Source: Paludibacteraceae bacterium
GTDB lineage: Bacteria; Bacteroidota; Bacteroidia; Bacteroidales; Paludibacteraceae
Length of the DNA: 64,000 nt
Assembly: GCA_045589755.1 (NCBI GenBank)
Contig: JAZNPR010000010.1
Coordinates: 11,439-75,438, forward strand
Reading direction: 5' to 3'
The position numbers were made by a program, and so were the translations under genes. A model generated the notes under the pieces. That model saw only the letters and a list, made by a program, of their open reading frames with translations, had not been told where the DNA came from and ran no database searches. Shown piece by piece: positions 16,147 to 24,852 of this stretch (its first letter is position 1; the number at the start of each line of letters is the position of its first letter).

Positions 16147-18450
16147 ATGTCCAACGCCATATTGATTGATATTATTTTGCCGCTGGCAATAGCGGATGTG
16201 TACACGTATCGGGTATCGGGTATCGGAGAGCGGATATCGGATACCTCGTTGATGGGGTGTCGCGTGTTGGTGCCACTGGGCAAGAAGACGATTACGGGTG
16301 TCGTTTATCGCCTTCACCAGGGCGACTTGCCCGCTTCAGTCAAGGTGCGAGATGTGGTGGATATTATTGACACTCAACCCGTTGTTACGGCTTATCAGTT
16401 GCGCCTATGGCAATGGATGGCGGAGTATTATATGTGTACTTTAGGCGAAGTGATGGCTGCGGCATTGCCTGCGGGAATCATCGACGACAACTATACCGCC
16501 CGCACGATTCAGTATATCCATTTGCATCCTTCGATAGCAGATCCTCGCCAGCAAGAACTAACGCTTGATAGTTTGCGCCGCGCTAAGTCGCAAGAGCAAC
16601 TCTTGCGTTGTTTCCTGCGTATGAATAATAACGGTGTAGAGCGCCGTGTACTCTTAGAGGCGAGTGGGGTAGGCAGTGCGGTGTTGCGTACAATGATTGA
16701 CAAGGGAATATTTTTAGAGGAGGAGCGACCCGTCTCACGATTGCGACAATATACGGGTCAAATGCAGCCGCTACATGCCCTTGATAATCAGCAGACAAAG
16801 GCTGTTGAATCAATACGAGCAAGCTGGCAAACAAAGAACGTAACCCTCTTGCATGGTGTGACGTCCAGCGGAAAGACGGAGGTGTATATTCATCTCATAG
16901 ACGAGCTGCTCAAGCAAGGCAAACAGGTGCTATATCTCGTGCCAGAGATAGCCCTGACTACCCAACTCACCGAACGCTTGCAAGCTGTTTTTGGCAATCA
17001 GGTGTTGGTTTATCACTCGCGCTTCAGTAGCGACGAACGCACAGAGATATATTCCAGCCTATTACCAATATCCAATAGCGAAGCGTCCAATATCCAATAT
17101 CCAAATCTCATCCTCGGTGCCCGCTCCGCGATATTTCTTCCGTTCACCAACTTAGGACTGGTCATTGTGGATGAGGAGCACGAACCCAGTTACAAGCAGC
17201 AGGACCCTGCTCCGCGTTACCATGCACGTTCATCGGCGATAATGATGGCGCAGTGGCATGGCGCTAAGGTACTTTTGGGCACAGCCACACCTTCTGTAGA
17301 ATCTTATCATAATGCTCTGTCTGGGAAATATGGTTTGGTTGAGATGACGGAGCGTTTTCGTGGATTGCAGTTGCCCAAAATTACGATGGTGGACTTGCAG
17401 CGCCAATACCACCGCAAAGAGATGTATGGTCATTTTGCCGACCCTGTGGTATTTCGTATCCGCGAGGAGATTGCCAGAGGCAAACAAGTTATTTTGTTCC
17501 AGAATCGCAGGGGGTATGCACCTTTCTTGCAGTGTCCTAATTGTGGCGAGGTGCCCAAGTGCTCGAACTGCGATGTGAGTATGACCTACCACAAGAGCAA
17601 CAATACCCTCATCTGCCACTCTTGCGGTCATACCCATTCAATATCCAATAGCCCAGAGGGCGTCCATTATCCCATCTCCAATACCCGAATTTGCCCCAAG
17701 TGTGGCTCTGAATGGCGATTGCAGGGTTTTGGTACCGAGCGTTTAGAGGAAGAAATACAGCATCTTTTCCCGCATGCGCGCGTGGAGCGTATGGACTTAG
17801 ATACTACGCGGCGCAAGGATGCTTATCAGCAGATTATTGATCGTTTCGCGTGCCACGAAGTGGACATACTCATTGGCACACAAATGGTTACGAAGGGACT
17901 GCATTTTGATGATGTCTCGTTGGTGGTTGTTTTGCAGGCTGATACGTTGGTTAATCAGCCCGACTATCGGAGTGCCGAGCATGCTTTTCAGATGCTGGAG
18001 CAGGTGTCGGGGCGTGCAGGGCGCAGTGGCAAACAGGGCGAGGTGATGATTCAGACTTTCGACCCTAAGAATCCCTTGTATGCATTGCTGTGTTCGCACG
18101 ATTATGCGGGACTATACCATAGGGAGATTAGCGAGCGACAGATGTTCTGTTTTCCCCCATTTCATCGGCTGATTGTGCTCAGTTTACGCCATCGTGATGT
18201 ACAGCGTTTGGAGAGGAGCAGTGTGGTGCTGATGCAGGCATTGAGAGGGGTGTTTGGCGGGCGTGTGTCTGGTGTGATTACGCCATTGGTTTCACGTCGT
18301 CAGAATCAGTATATCCGCCAGTTGCGTTTGCGTGTGGAGCAAGGCGCAAATGTGCAGCGTGCCAAGCAGTTATTGCGCGAACAAATCCGCTTGCTTTTGC
18401 AACAGACGGATTGCAAAGGTACGATTGTGTCCATTGATGTCGATCCTTAA
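16147..18450 (+). CDS. priA: primosomal replication-restart helicase PriA
   Basis: Walker A GVTSSGKTEVY, DEEH box, Cys-rich zinc region (CPNCG..CSNCD..CHSCG..CPKCGS), helicase motif VI QVSGRAGR. The start is set at MSNAILIDIILPL, after the promoter box. Confidence 0.9.
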   Translation: MSNAILIDIILPLAIADVYTYRVSGIGERISDTSLMGCRVLVPLGKKTITGVVYRLHQGDLPASVKVRDVVDIIDTQPVVTAYQLRLWQWMAEYYMCTLGEVMAAALPAGIIDDNYTARTIQYIHLHPSIADPRQQELTLDSLRRAKSQEQLLRCFLRMNNNGVERRVLLEASGVGSAVLRTMIDKGIFLEEERPVSRLRQYTGQMQPLHALDNQQTKAVESIRASWQTKNVTLLHGVTSSGKTEVYIHLIDELLKQGKQVLYLVPEIALTTQLTERLQAVFGNQVLVYHSRFSSDERTEIYSSLLPISNSEASNIQYPNLILGARSAIFLPFTNLGLVIVDEEHEPSYKQQDPAPRYHARSSAIMMAQWHGAKVLLGTATPSVESYHNALSGKYGLVEMTERFRGLQLPKITMVDLQRQYHRKEMYGHFADPVVFRIREEIARGKQVILFQNRRGYAPFLQCPNCGEVPKCSNCDVSMTYHKSNNTLICHSCGHTHSISNSPEGVHYPISNTRICPKCGSEWRLQGFGTERLEEEIQHLFPHARVERMDLDTTRRKDAYQQIIDRFACHEVDILIGTQMVTKGLHFDDVSLVVVLQADTLVNQPDYRSAEHAFQMLEQVSGRAGRSGKQGEVMIQTFDPKNPLYALLCSHDYAGLYHREISERQMFCFPPFHRLIVLSLRHRDVQRLERSSVVLMQALRGVFGGRVSGVITPLVSRRQNQYIRQLRLRVEQGANVQRAKQLLREQIRLLLQQTDCKGTIVSIDVDP
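16206..16245 (+). repeat. heptamer word repeat (GTATCGG)x3 plus degenerate units inside priA
   Basis: gtatcgg gtatcgg gtatcgg agagcgg atatcgg atacc encodes VSGIGERISDT. Confidence 0.85.
17061..17106 (+). repeat. CCAATA-family repeat in frame in priA
   Basis: attaccaatatccaatagcgaagcgtccaatatccaatatccaaat encodes LPISNSEASNIQYPN. Confidence 0.8.
17633..17687 (+). repeat. CCAATA-family repeat in frame in the priA zinc-binding region
   Basis: cccattcaatatccaatagcccagagggcgtccattatcccatctccaatacccg encodes HSISNSPEGVHYPISNTR between CHSCG and CPKCG. E. coli PriA has about 9 residues between these cysteine pairs; this gene has 22. Confidence 0.8.
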
Positions 18451-18717
18451 TGGATAGTCGTGGCAGTTATTTATATTTTTTTTGTTGGCTTTCAACTTCT
18501 CGACTAAATAATCGAAGAACCCCCTCATTTTCCCCGCTCGCACCGCACAATAACCGCACTATTACCGCACAATAACCGCACAATTCCTGGCGGTCATGGC
18601 CCCCCCCATTTGCAGAAAATTAACACTGTGATTACTGGTTTAGTGCTCGGCGTTAATTCGCCGAGCAAAAAAACACAAGAAAATGCGATTTTTCTTGCAT
18701 TTATGCAAATTTTGTAG

Positions 18718-18725
18718 TACCTTTG
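18718..18725 (+). promoter_or_regulatory. -7 box TACCTTTG ~290 nt upstream of the LRR gene
   Basis: Exact match, with the usual upstream context tttttcttgcatttatgcaaattttg. Confidence 0.5.
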
Positions 18726-18732
18726 TCCCCGA

Positions 18733-18955
18733 TTCGGTAAAGCGTTACCCATCACTACATAATTTAATATAGCGTAATAAGCCCAAACTTGATTGTTTGA
18801 AAACTCGACACTTTCAAGAATCATTGTTTATTCAAGTACGGTTTATGCACGCTCATGCTTTCAGCGTGAGTTTTCCGTGCGTAAATTTGAATAAACAAGG
18901 TAGTCGAGAACCTCAAACAATCAAATTGAAGCGAACGAAAGTTCACGCTTTTTCT
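18733..18955 (+). ncRNA. candidate structured RNA or long 5' leader (unclassified)
   Basis: Nested long-range pairing: ttgattgtttga (18789-18800) with tcaaacaatcaa (18914-18925); tcgac with gtcga; attgtttattcaa (18822-18834) with ttgaataaacaa (18887-18898); gcacg with cgtgc; apical hairpin ctcatgc-tttca-gcgtgag. This is followed by agcgaac-gaaa-gttcacgct plus TTTTT (18930-18952). Confidence 0.3.
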
Positions 18956-19017
18956 ATCTCTATACACCAATAGCGAATAAATAAACAACAATATTAACTT
19001 TTAAAATTCAAACAATT

Positions 19018-22000
19018 ATGAGAAAACTTTTATCTGTTTTATCCTCCACCCTTCAGGGGGGAGTTAGAGGGGGGCTTCTTTTCGTGGCATTCCTCGCCAC
19101 CACCACCCTCTGGGCTGCTGATTTCTGCTCGGGTGATCTCTGTTACAATATCACTAGTAGTTCCGAACCTTATACTGTAGTGGTTGCTGACGCTAACTCG
19201 TCTATCACCACCGCCAACATCCCCGAAACTGTCACTTACGACGGCACTACTTACAGCGTAACGGGTATTGGAAATTATGCTTTCCAGCATTGCTCCTCCC
19301 TTGCCTCTGTTACCATCCCAGAAGGTGTAACAGGTATTGGAATGTGGGCTTTCTCTGGATGCTCTTCTCTGACCTCTATCACCCTCCCAAACAGCGTATC
19401 ATACATTGGGAAAATGGCTTTTTCTTGGTGCTCTGCTTTAACAATTATCAATATTCCAAGTAGCGTGAAGGCTATTGAATCTGATGCATTTTTGAACACT
19501 AAAATCTACAATGATAAATCTAATTGGGATGGTCTTGTTTTATATATTGATGATTGTTTAATTTCTGCGAATCGATATAATGGATCATCACGAACATATC
19601 TATCAGATCCTATTTATAGGATTAAAGAGAATACTCGATTAATTGCTGACGACGCATTCTGGAGTTGTGATAAGGTAACTGAGATTATTATTCCTAATAG
19701 TGTAAAAATAATAGGAAGCGGTGCTTTTTCTGGTTGTTCTTCTCTTTTAGCAATTTCTATTCCTGAAGATGTAACGACTATTGGTCAAGGTTCTTTTTCT
19801 GGTTGTTCTTCTCTTTTAGCAATTTCTATTCCTGAAGGTGTAACGACTATTGGTCAAGGTACTTTTGCGGGATGTTATTCTTTAGAAGAGATTACTTTTC
19901 CCAATAGCATAACTTATTTAGATGCGGATTGTCGCATTGAAAATACAAAATGGTATACAAATCAAGAAGACGGATTGCTATATATTGGTTGTGTACTATA
20001 TAAATATAAGGGTGAAATGCCTGCAAATGCATCAATCACTATTAAAGATGGTATTGTAAGAATAAATCCAAAGCTATTTTATGATTATAGCGATAAAATA
20101 ATATCTATCACCCTTCCTAATAGTCTCAAAAGTATCGGTAGAGATGCTTTTTATTTCTGTAAATTAGAACAAATTAATTATATGGGTGACATTGCAGATT
20201 GGTGTAAGATTAAATTTGAAAATTCATACGCACACCCTATGTATTATTATACTCGGTTTTTAATAAACAACCAAGAATTAGTAGGAGATTTGGTGATTCC
20301 TAATACGGTTGATTCAATATACGATTATACATTTCAATACTTCGAAAACATAACCTCAGTTGTAATCCCCAACAGCGTAATAAGCATTGGAAGTTGGGCT
20401 TTCGATCGTTCCTCTCTCACTTCTATCACTATCCCCAATAGCGTAACGAATATAGGAAATTATGCGTTTCTTAGCTGTTCCTCCCTCACTACCATCACTA
20501 TAGGTAGTGGTGTAAAGACTATCGGAAAGAGTGCTTTTGAAAATTGTTCATCCATTACCAAGGTTAATTACACTGGTGATATAGCAGATTGGTGTAAAAT
20601 ACAATTTGTAGACGCCTTTGCAAGTCCATTTCAACTGAATAAAAGTTACAATAACTATTATAGTATAACGAAATTCTACTTGAATGAACAACCGTTCGAT
20701 GGCATATTTCCCAATAACGTAGATCGAATCAATGCTTATGCTTTTGCTCGTGCTTCTTTCGATAATGAACATTATAATTCCATAACGATTGGAGATAATG
20801 TGAAGTATATTGGAGATGGCGCATTTAGTGGATGTACTGATTTAGAGAGAGTTTATCTACCAACTACTCCACCAAAATTAGGAAAGAATGTGTTTGACTA
20901 TGGATGGGATGGAATTAGTTACTTTTATATCCCATGTGGTCTGGAAAAAATCTATAAAGAATCTGATTGGAAAAATTATACTAATGACGACACCAAATTC
21001 TCTTCATATCATAAAATAATGCATTCAGGATATTGTGGCGATAGTCTAAATTTATCATGGAGTTATAATGCAGAGAAACTTACAATAACTGGGACAGGAG
21101 AATATCACCCTTATGGTTGTACACCATGGGAACTGTTAATAGGTTCTATTAAAACACTTGAAATAGGACAAGGGATAACCAGTATATCTGACAACGCATT
21201 TGATGAATTGGTAAATTTAAATACTCTTATTTTGCCTAATAGTATTGAAGAAATAGGAGCAAAAGCATTTAATACTTGTAAGAAATTGTATGATATTTAT
21301 TGTTATGCACAATTTCCTCCAGAAACATCCAATAATACTTTTGTAAACTATAATGCATTCTTACATGTTCCGTGTGATTATCAGCGTTACTACACAGCCG
21401 ATATGGTATTTTCCAAGTTTACTAATGTAGAATGTATTAGTGCCGAAACAATTTCTACAGATAGCATAATCGTTTCTCCTTCCTTCAATGATGTCGTATT
21501 TACTTGGCCTACAGAATCCAATGCTGGAAGTTACACTCTGACTATCAACAAAGACGGCGAAGTATTCTGCACGCTCACTTTCAACGCTGCGGGTCAATTA
21601 ACTGGCATTGCCTTTGCTCCTTCACGCAATGGACAACGCCACGCACCTGCAGCTACGCAATCAGCTAATGGATTCACATTCACCGTGACTGGTTTAGACG
21701 AAGGAACAGACTACAGCTACAATCTGGTTATTAAAGATAATGCAGGAAAGACATTGCAAACCTATTCAGGCGACTTCCGCACACAAAGTACCAATGATCG
21801 CACCGTTACGGTAGAATACGATGCTTTGCAAGGTGAGGTAATAGGTGCTGGCGTATATCAAGTTGGCGATACTGTTACCCTTACTGCTATTCCTAACGAT
21901 GGCTATCGTTTTGTTCGCTGGAGCAATGATGTGGAGGATAATCCTTATACCTTTGTTATCTCGGAGAATATAATGCTCTCAGCAGAATTTACGATAGAAC

Positions 22001-22122
22001 AAACTGCAGTAGAAAATATTTCATCGCCAACAACCAATTGTCAAAAGATTATCCGAGATAGACAACTGTATATTTACCATAATGGTAGTACATACAACGT
22101 AATGGGAGTAATAGTGGAATAA
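19018..22122 (+). CDS. BspA-type leucine-rich-repeat surface protein with InlB-B-repeat-like module and T9SS C-terminal sorting domain
   Basis: Many ~23-aa units of the form IP.(S/G)VT.IG..AF..C(S)SL.SI. A GYRFVRWSND module near the C-terminus. The tail TAVENIS...KIIRDRQLYIYHNGSTYNVMGVIVE matches the short T9SS CTD pattern. Confidence 0.85.
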   Translation: MRKLLSVLSSTLQGGVRGGLLFVAFLATTTLWAADFCSGDLCYNITSSSEPYTVVVADANSSITTANIPETVTYDGTTYSVTGIGNYAFQHCSSLASVTIPEGVTGIGMWAFSGCSSLTSITLPNSVSYIGKMAFSWCSALTIINIPSSVKAIESDAFLNTKIYNDKSNWDGLVLYIDDCLISANRYNGSSRTYLSDPIYRIKENTRLIADDAFWSCDKVTEIIIPNSVKIIGSGAFSGCSSLLAISIPEDVTTIGQGSFSGCSSLLAISIPEGVTTIGQGTFAGCYSLEEITFPNSITYLDADCRIENTKWYTNQEDGLLYIGCVLYKYKGEMPANASITIKDGIVRINPKLFYDYSDKIISITLPNSLKSIGRDAFYFCKLEQINYMGDIADWCKIKFENSYAHPMYYYTRFLINNQELVGDLVIPNTVDSIYDYTFQYFENITSVVIPNSVISIGSWAFDRSSLTSITIPNSVTNIGNYAFLSCSSLTTITIGSGVKTIGKSAFENCSSITKVNYTGDIADWCKIQFVDAFASPFQLNKSYNNYYSITKFYLNEQPFDGIFPNNVDRINAYAFARASFDNEHYNSITIGDNVKYIGDGAFSGCTDLERVYLPTTPPKLGKNVFDYGWDGISYFYIPCGLEKIYKESDWKNYTNDDTKFSSYHKIMHSGYCGDSLNLSWSYNAEKLTITGTGEYHPYGCTPWELLIGSIKTLEIGQGITSISDNAFDELVNLNTLILPNSIEEIGAKAFNTCKKLYDIYCYAQFPPETSNNTFVNYNAFLHVPCDYQRYYTADMVFSKFTNVECISAETISTDSIIVSPSFNDVVFTWPTESNAGSYTLTINKDGEVFCTLTFNAAGQLTGIAFAPSRNGQRHAPAATQSANGFTFTVTGLDEGTDYSYNLVIKDNAGKTLQTYSGDFRTQSTNDRTVTVEYDALQGEVIGAGVYQVGDTVTLTAIPNDGYRFVRWSNDVEDNPYTFVISENIMLSAEFTIEQTAVENISSPTTNCQKIIRDRQLYIYHNGSTYNVMGVIVE
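19725..19862 (+). repeat. near-perfect 69-bp tandem duplication (one LRR unit) within the LRR gene
   Basis: tttttctggttgttcttctcttttagcaatttctattcctgaag(a/g)tgtaacgactattggtcaaggt occurs twice with period 69 and one mismatch over the shared 66-bp block (the 3 bases flanking each unit also differ at 2 positions). Confidence 0.9.
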
Positions 22123-22141
22123 CCGCTTAACTACTCTGATA

Positions 22142-22215
22142 GCGTTCATGTCGCTATCATCCTACAACAACAAAAGCACCCGAAAGGTGCTTTTGCTGTC
22201 GAGGAGAGGCGACTC
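22142..22215. repeat. direct repeat copy 1: terminator plus 17 nt of the tRNA-Pro 3' end
   Basis: gtcgctatcatcctacaacaacaaaagcaccc(g)aaaggtgcttttgctgtcgaggagaggcgactc matches 22329-22394 with one mismatch over the 66-bp core. Weaker similarity extends about 8 bp further left. Confidence 0.85.
22171..22195. terminator. bidirectional terminator hairpin after the LRR gene
   Basis: aaaAGCACCcgaaaGGTGCTtttg. Confidence 0.6.
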
Positions 22216-22320
22216 ATCGTCGGAATGGACTTGTCGCATTGACTACTGCTACGCAGCATTAGGCGACCGTCATTCCTCCTCTTCCCCAAAAATTAAAAAT
22301 TTTCGGGGACCCCTTTGGTG

Positions 22321-22394
22321 GCGTTCTCGTCGCTATCATCCTACAACAACAAAAGCACCCAAAAGGTGCTTTTGCTGTCGAGGAGAGGCGACTC
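22321..22394. repeat. direct repeat copy 2 (overlaps the genuine tRNA-Pro 3' end)
   Basis: See copy 1. The spacing between copies is 179 bp. Confidence 0.85.
22351..22375 (-). terminator. terminator hairpin downstream of tRNA-Pro
   Basis: aaaAGCACCcaaaaGGTGCTtttg. On the minus strand it is followed by a T-rich run. Confidence 0.6.
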
Positions 22395-22450
22395 GAACGC
22401 CCGACCCCCACGTCCCGAACGTGGTGCGCTACCAACTGCGCTACTCCTCG
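22378..22450 (-). tRNA. tRNA-Pro (CGG)
   Basis: The reverse complement is CGAGGAG-TA-GCGC-AGTTGGTA-GCGC-A-CCACG-TTCGGGA-CGTGG-GGGTC-GGGCG-TTCGAGT-CGCCT-CTCCTCG-A. This is a perfect 73-nt cloverleaf with anticodon CGG; CCA is not encoded. Confidence 0.9.
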
Positions 22451-22492
22451 TATTCCCACTCGCTTACGAAGCTCGTGGGATCTTTATACCAA

Positions 22493-22798
22493 TTACTCCT
22501 CGTAATCCACAGCGCTACGCGCTGCTTTGCACTTGCCGATATATTGCGCCACCCTCACATGCTCAGGGTGCGTAGCGTACGCATCCAAATCCTCCCATGT
22601 GCGGAAGGTGCAAGTCAAACAAATATCGTGGTCGGTGTTCTTCGCATTAGGGATATTGATACCCACCGTCTCATCCACCAATACATCAATCTTCTCGCGC
22701 AATGCGAGCAATCCTTCACGAATAATCTGGGCATTCTCCAATTTCGTCTTGCCCTCTGCCTCGTCTAACAGACGAAAAAATACTACATGCTTTACCAT
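22493..22798 (-). CDS. Dabb (stress-responsive A/B-barrel) family protein
   Basis: 101 aa: MVKHVVFFRL...THPEHVRVAQYI. Typical Dabb length and motifs. Overlaps the pepO stop by 7 nt. Confidence 0.7.
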   Translation of the reverse strand: MVKHVVFFRLLDEAEGKTKLENAQIIREGLLALREKIDVLVDETVGINIPNAKNTDHDICLTCTFRTWEDLDAYATHPEHVRVAQYIGKCKAARSAVDYEE

Positions 22799-24804
22799 AT
22801 TGATACACGTTTTTCTGGTTCAAGATACAATGGCGACTCCTCGGTCACATTCCATGCCTCATACCATGCACCGATATGTGGCAATGCGCCATTCACGCGC
22901 CACATGCCGAGGGAGTGAGGGTCACTCTTCGTGCGTTGCAATACCTCCTCTGGACGGATATTGCCTGCCCATACATTCGCATACGCCAAGAAGAATCGTT
23001 GCTCTGGCGTAAAGCCCTCCACAATGCCCAGTTTTCCGTTTTCACCTTTCAGTTTTTCGTTGTTCAAGAACGCCTGATATGCCACTTGCAAACCACCGTG
23101 GTCAGCGATATTCTCGCCCAAAGTAAAGGCACCATTCGCATATACACCAGGGGCTACCTCAATGGCATTGAAATACTCCTCCATCACTTTCGTGCGCTCC
23201 TCAAAGCGTGCACGATCTTCCTCTGTCCACCAGTTGATCAGGTTACCGTCTTTGTCAAACTGACTACCTTGGTCATCAAAACCGTGGGTCATCTCATGAC
23301 CAATCACCACGCCAATCGCACCATAATTAAACGCATCGTCCGCGTTCATATCGAAGAATGGGTATTGCAGAATACCTGCGGGAAAACAAATCTCGTTGGT
23401 CGCAGGGTTGTAATATGCGTTCACGGTTTGTGGGGTCATAAACCATTTATCCTTGTCTACTGGCTTGCCCAAGAATGACAACGAATAATCTTGCTCAAAC
23501 TTTGCAGCACGCTGAATATTAGCATAATAGGTCAACTCAGGGTCAATCTCCAAAGCCGTATAATCGCGCCATTTATCTGGATAACCAATCTTCACGGTGA
23601 AGGTAGAAAGTTTCTCCATGGCCTTCTCTTTGGTCTCATCCGACATCCACTTCAGGGCTTGAATTCTTTCACCCAATGCCACTTGCAAGTTCTTCACCAA
23701 ACCTATCATACGCTCTTTGTTCTCCTCTGGGAAGTATTTCTCCACATACATTTGTCCCACAGCTTCGCCGAGTGTACCATTCACCATCGCTACCGCGCGT
23801 TTCCAGAGTGGGGTAGGCTCTTGTCTTCCGCTCAAGATGCGACCGTAGAACTCAAAGTTCTGCATGAAGATCTCCTCGGTGAGGAAGTCGGCACTACCGT
23901 CAATGATTTGCCATTGGAAGAGGGTTTTCATGTCTTCGAGTGACTCCTCTGCGAGCATCTTACCTGCCTCTTGGAGGTGGCGTACTTGACCTACGCTGAG
24001 GCTATCAGGAGCGATGTTAAGACCAGCGAAGTATGCTGCCCAATCTACCTGAGGCACAAGCACTTGGAGTTCGTCAATGGACATCTTGTTGTAGTTAGCA
24101 ACTGGGTCACGGAGTTCTACATTGCTGAGCGCTGCACCCGCCAAACGAGTCTCCAAACGGAGTACGGTTTGTGCTTTCTCGGCAGCGTTATCCATACCAA
24201 AGAGCGTGAACATTTTCTCTACGTGCTTGAGGTACTCGGCACGGATATGTGTGGTGTGCTCATCTTGGTCGAAGTAGTAGCTCTTCTCGCTGAGTGCGAA
24301 GCCAGCTTGGTATTCGTTGAGGATGTTCATGGATGAGTTCATAGCGTCTGCGTCCACGTACATAGCCCATAATCCGTAGTCCATGGCTTTGCCAAGAACA
24401 GCAGACCATTGGTCTTTGTCGGTTACTGCGTCTAGTTCAGCGAGTACTGGGAGTACAGGAGCGATGCCTTCTGCATTGCGGCGTTCGATGTCCATACTCA
24501 AGTTGTACACATCGCCAATCTTCTGTGGGATAGACCCCATAGGGTGTTGTTTAGCAGCGATGTCTGCGATGAGACCGTTGACTTGCTCCAGGTTTTGGAG
24601 TCCGAGTTTGTCGAATGAGCCAAAACGGCTGTACTCGTTAGGGAGTGGGTTGTTCTTCATCCATCCGCCGCAAGCGTATTGGTAAAAATCGTTTTGTGCG
24701 ACTACGGTGGTGTCGAGGTTCTCGAGATGAATACCGGTAGTCTGTTGCTTGGTACATGCTGTTAGTGCCATAAGCGATAAGAAAAATAGAAATGGTTTGT
24801 TCAT
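22792..24804 (-). CDS. pepO: M13 family metalloendopeptidase (PepO / endothelin-converting-enzyme-like)
   Basis: Lipoprotein signal (LMALTAC), zinc motif VIGHEMTHGFDDQG, downstream ENIADHGG, C-terminal ...RVSIW. Confidence 0.85.
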   Translation of the reverse strand: MNKPFLFFLSLMALTACTKQQTTGIHLENLDTTVVAQNDFYQYACGGWMKNNPLPNEYSRFGSFDKLGLQNLEQVNGLIADIAAKQHPMGSIPQKIGDVYNLSMDIERRNAEGIAPVLPVLAELDAVTDKDQWSAVLGKAMDYGLWAMYVDADAMNSSMNILNEYQAGFALSEKSYYFDQDEHTTHIRAEYLKHVEKMFTLFGMDNAAEKAQTVLRLETRLAGAALSNVELRDPVANYNKMSIDELQVLVPQVDWAAYFAGLNIAPDSLSVGQVRHLQEAGKMLAEESLEDMKTLFQWQIIDGSADFLTEEIFMQNFEFYGRILSGRQEPTPLWKRAVAMVNGTLGEAVGQMYVEKYFPEENKERMIGLVKNLQVALGERIQALKWMSDETKEKAMEKLSTFTVKIGYPDKWRDYTALEIDPELTYYANIQRAAKFEQDYSLSFLGKPVDKDKWFMTPQTVNAYYNPATNEICFPAGILQYPFFDMNADDAFNYGAIGVVIGHEMTHGFDDQGSQFDKDGNLINWWTEEDRARFEERTKVMEEYFNAIEVAPGVYANGAFTLGENIADHGGLQVAYQAFLNNEKLKGENGKLGIVEGFTPEQRFFLAYANVWAGNIRPEEVLQRTKSDPHSLGMWRVNGALPHIGAWYEAWNVTEESPLYLEPEKRVSIW

Positions 24805-24852
24805 ATGTTTGAAAGTTTAAAAAGTTCCAAAGTTCTAACGGTTCTAAAAGTT

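Noticed and set aside
18594-18824. ORF 18594..18824 (-) in the priA-LRR intergenic region.
   Set aside because: It runs antisense through a plus-strand promoter box and the structured-RNA candidate. It has no start context or conservation signal.
22148-22768. ORFs 22148..22768 and 22315..22575 (+), and 22259..22459 (-).
   Set aside because: They span the duplicated terminator and tRNA segment and the tRNA-Pro gene itself, and then run antisense to the Dabb gene. They contain internally duplicated peptide derived from the DNA repeat.
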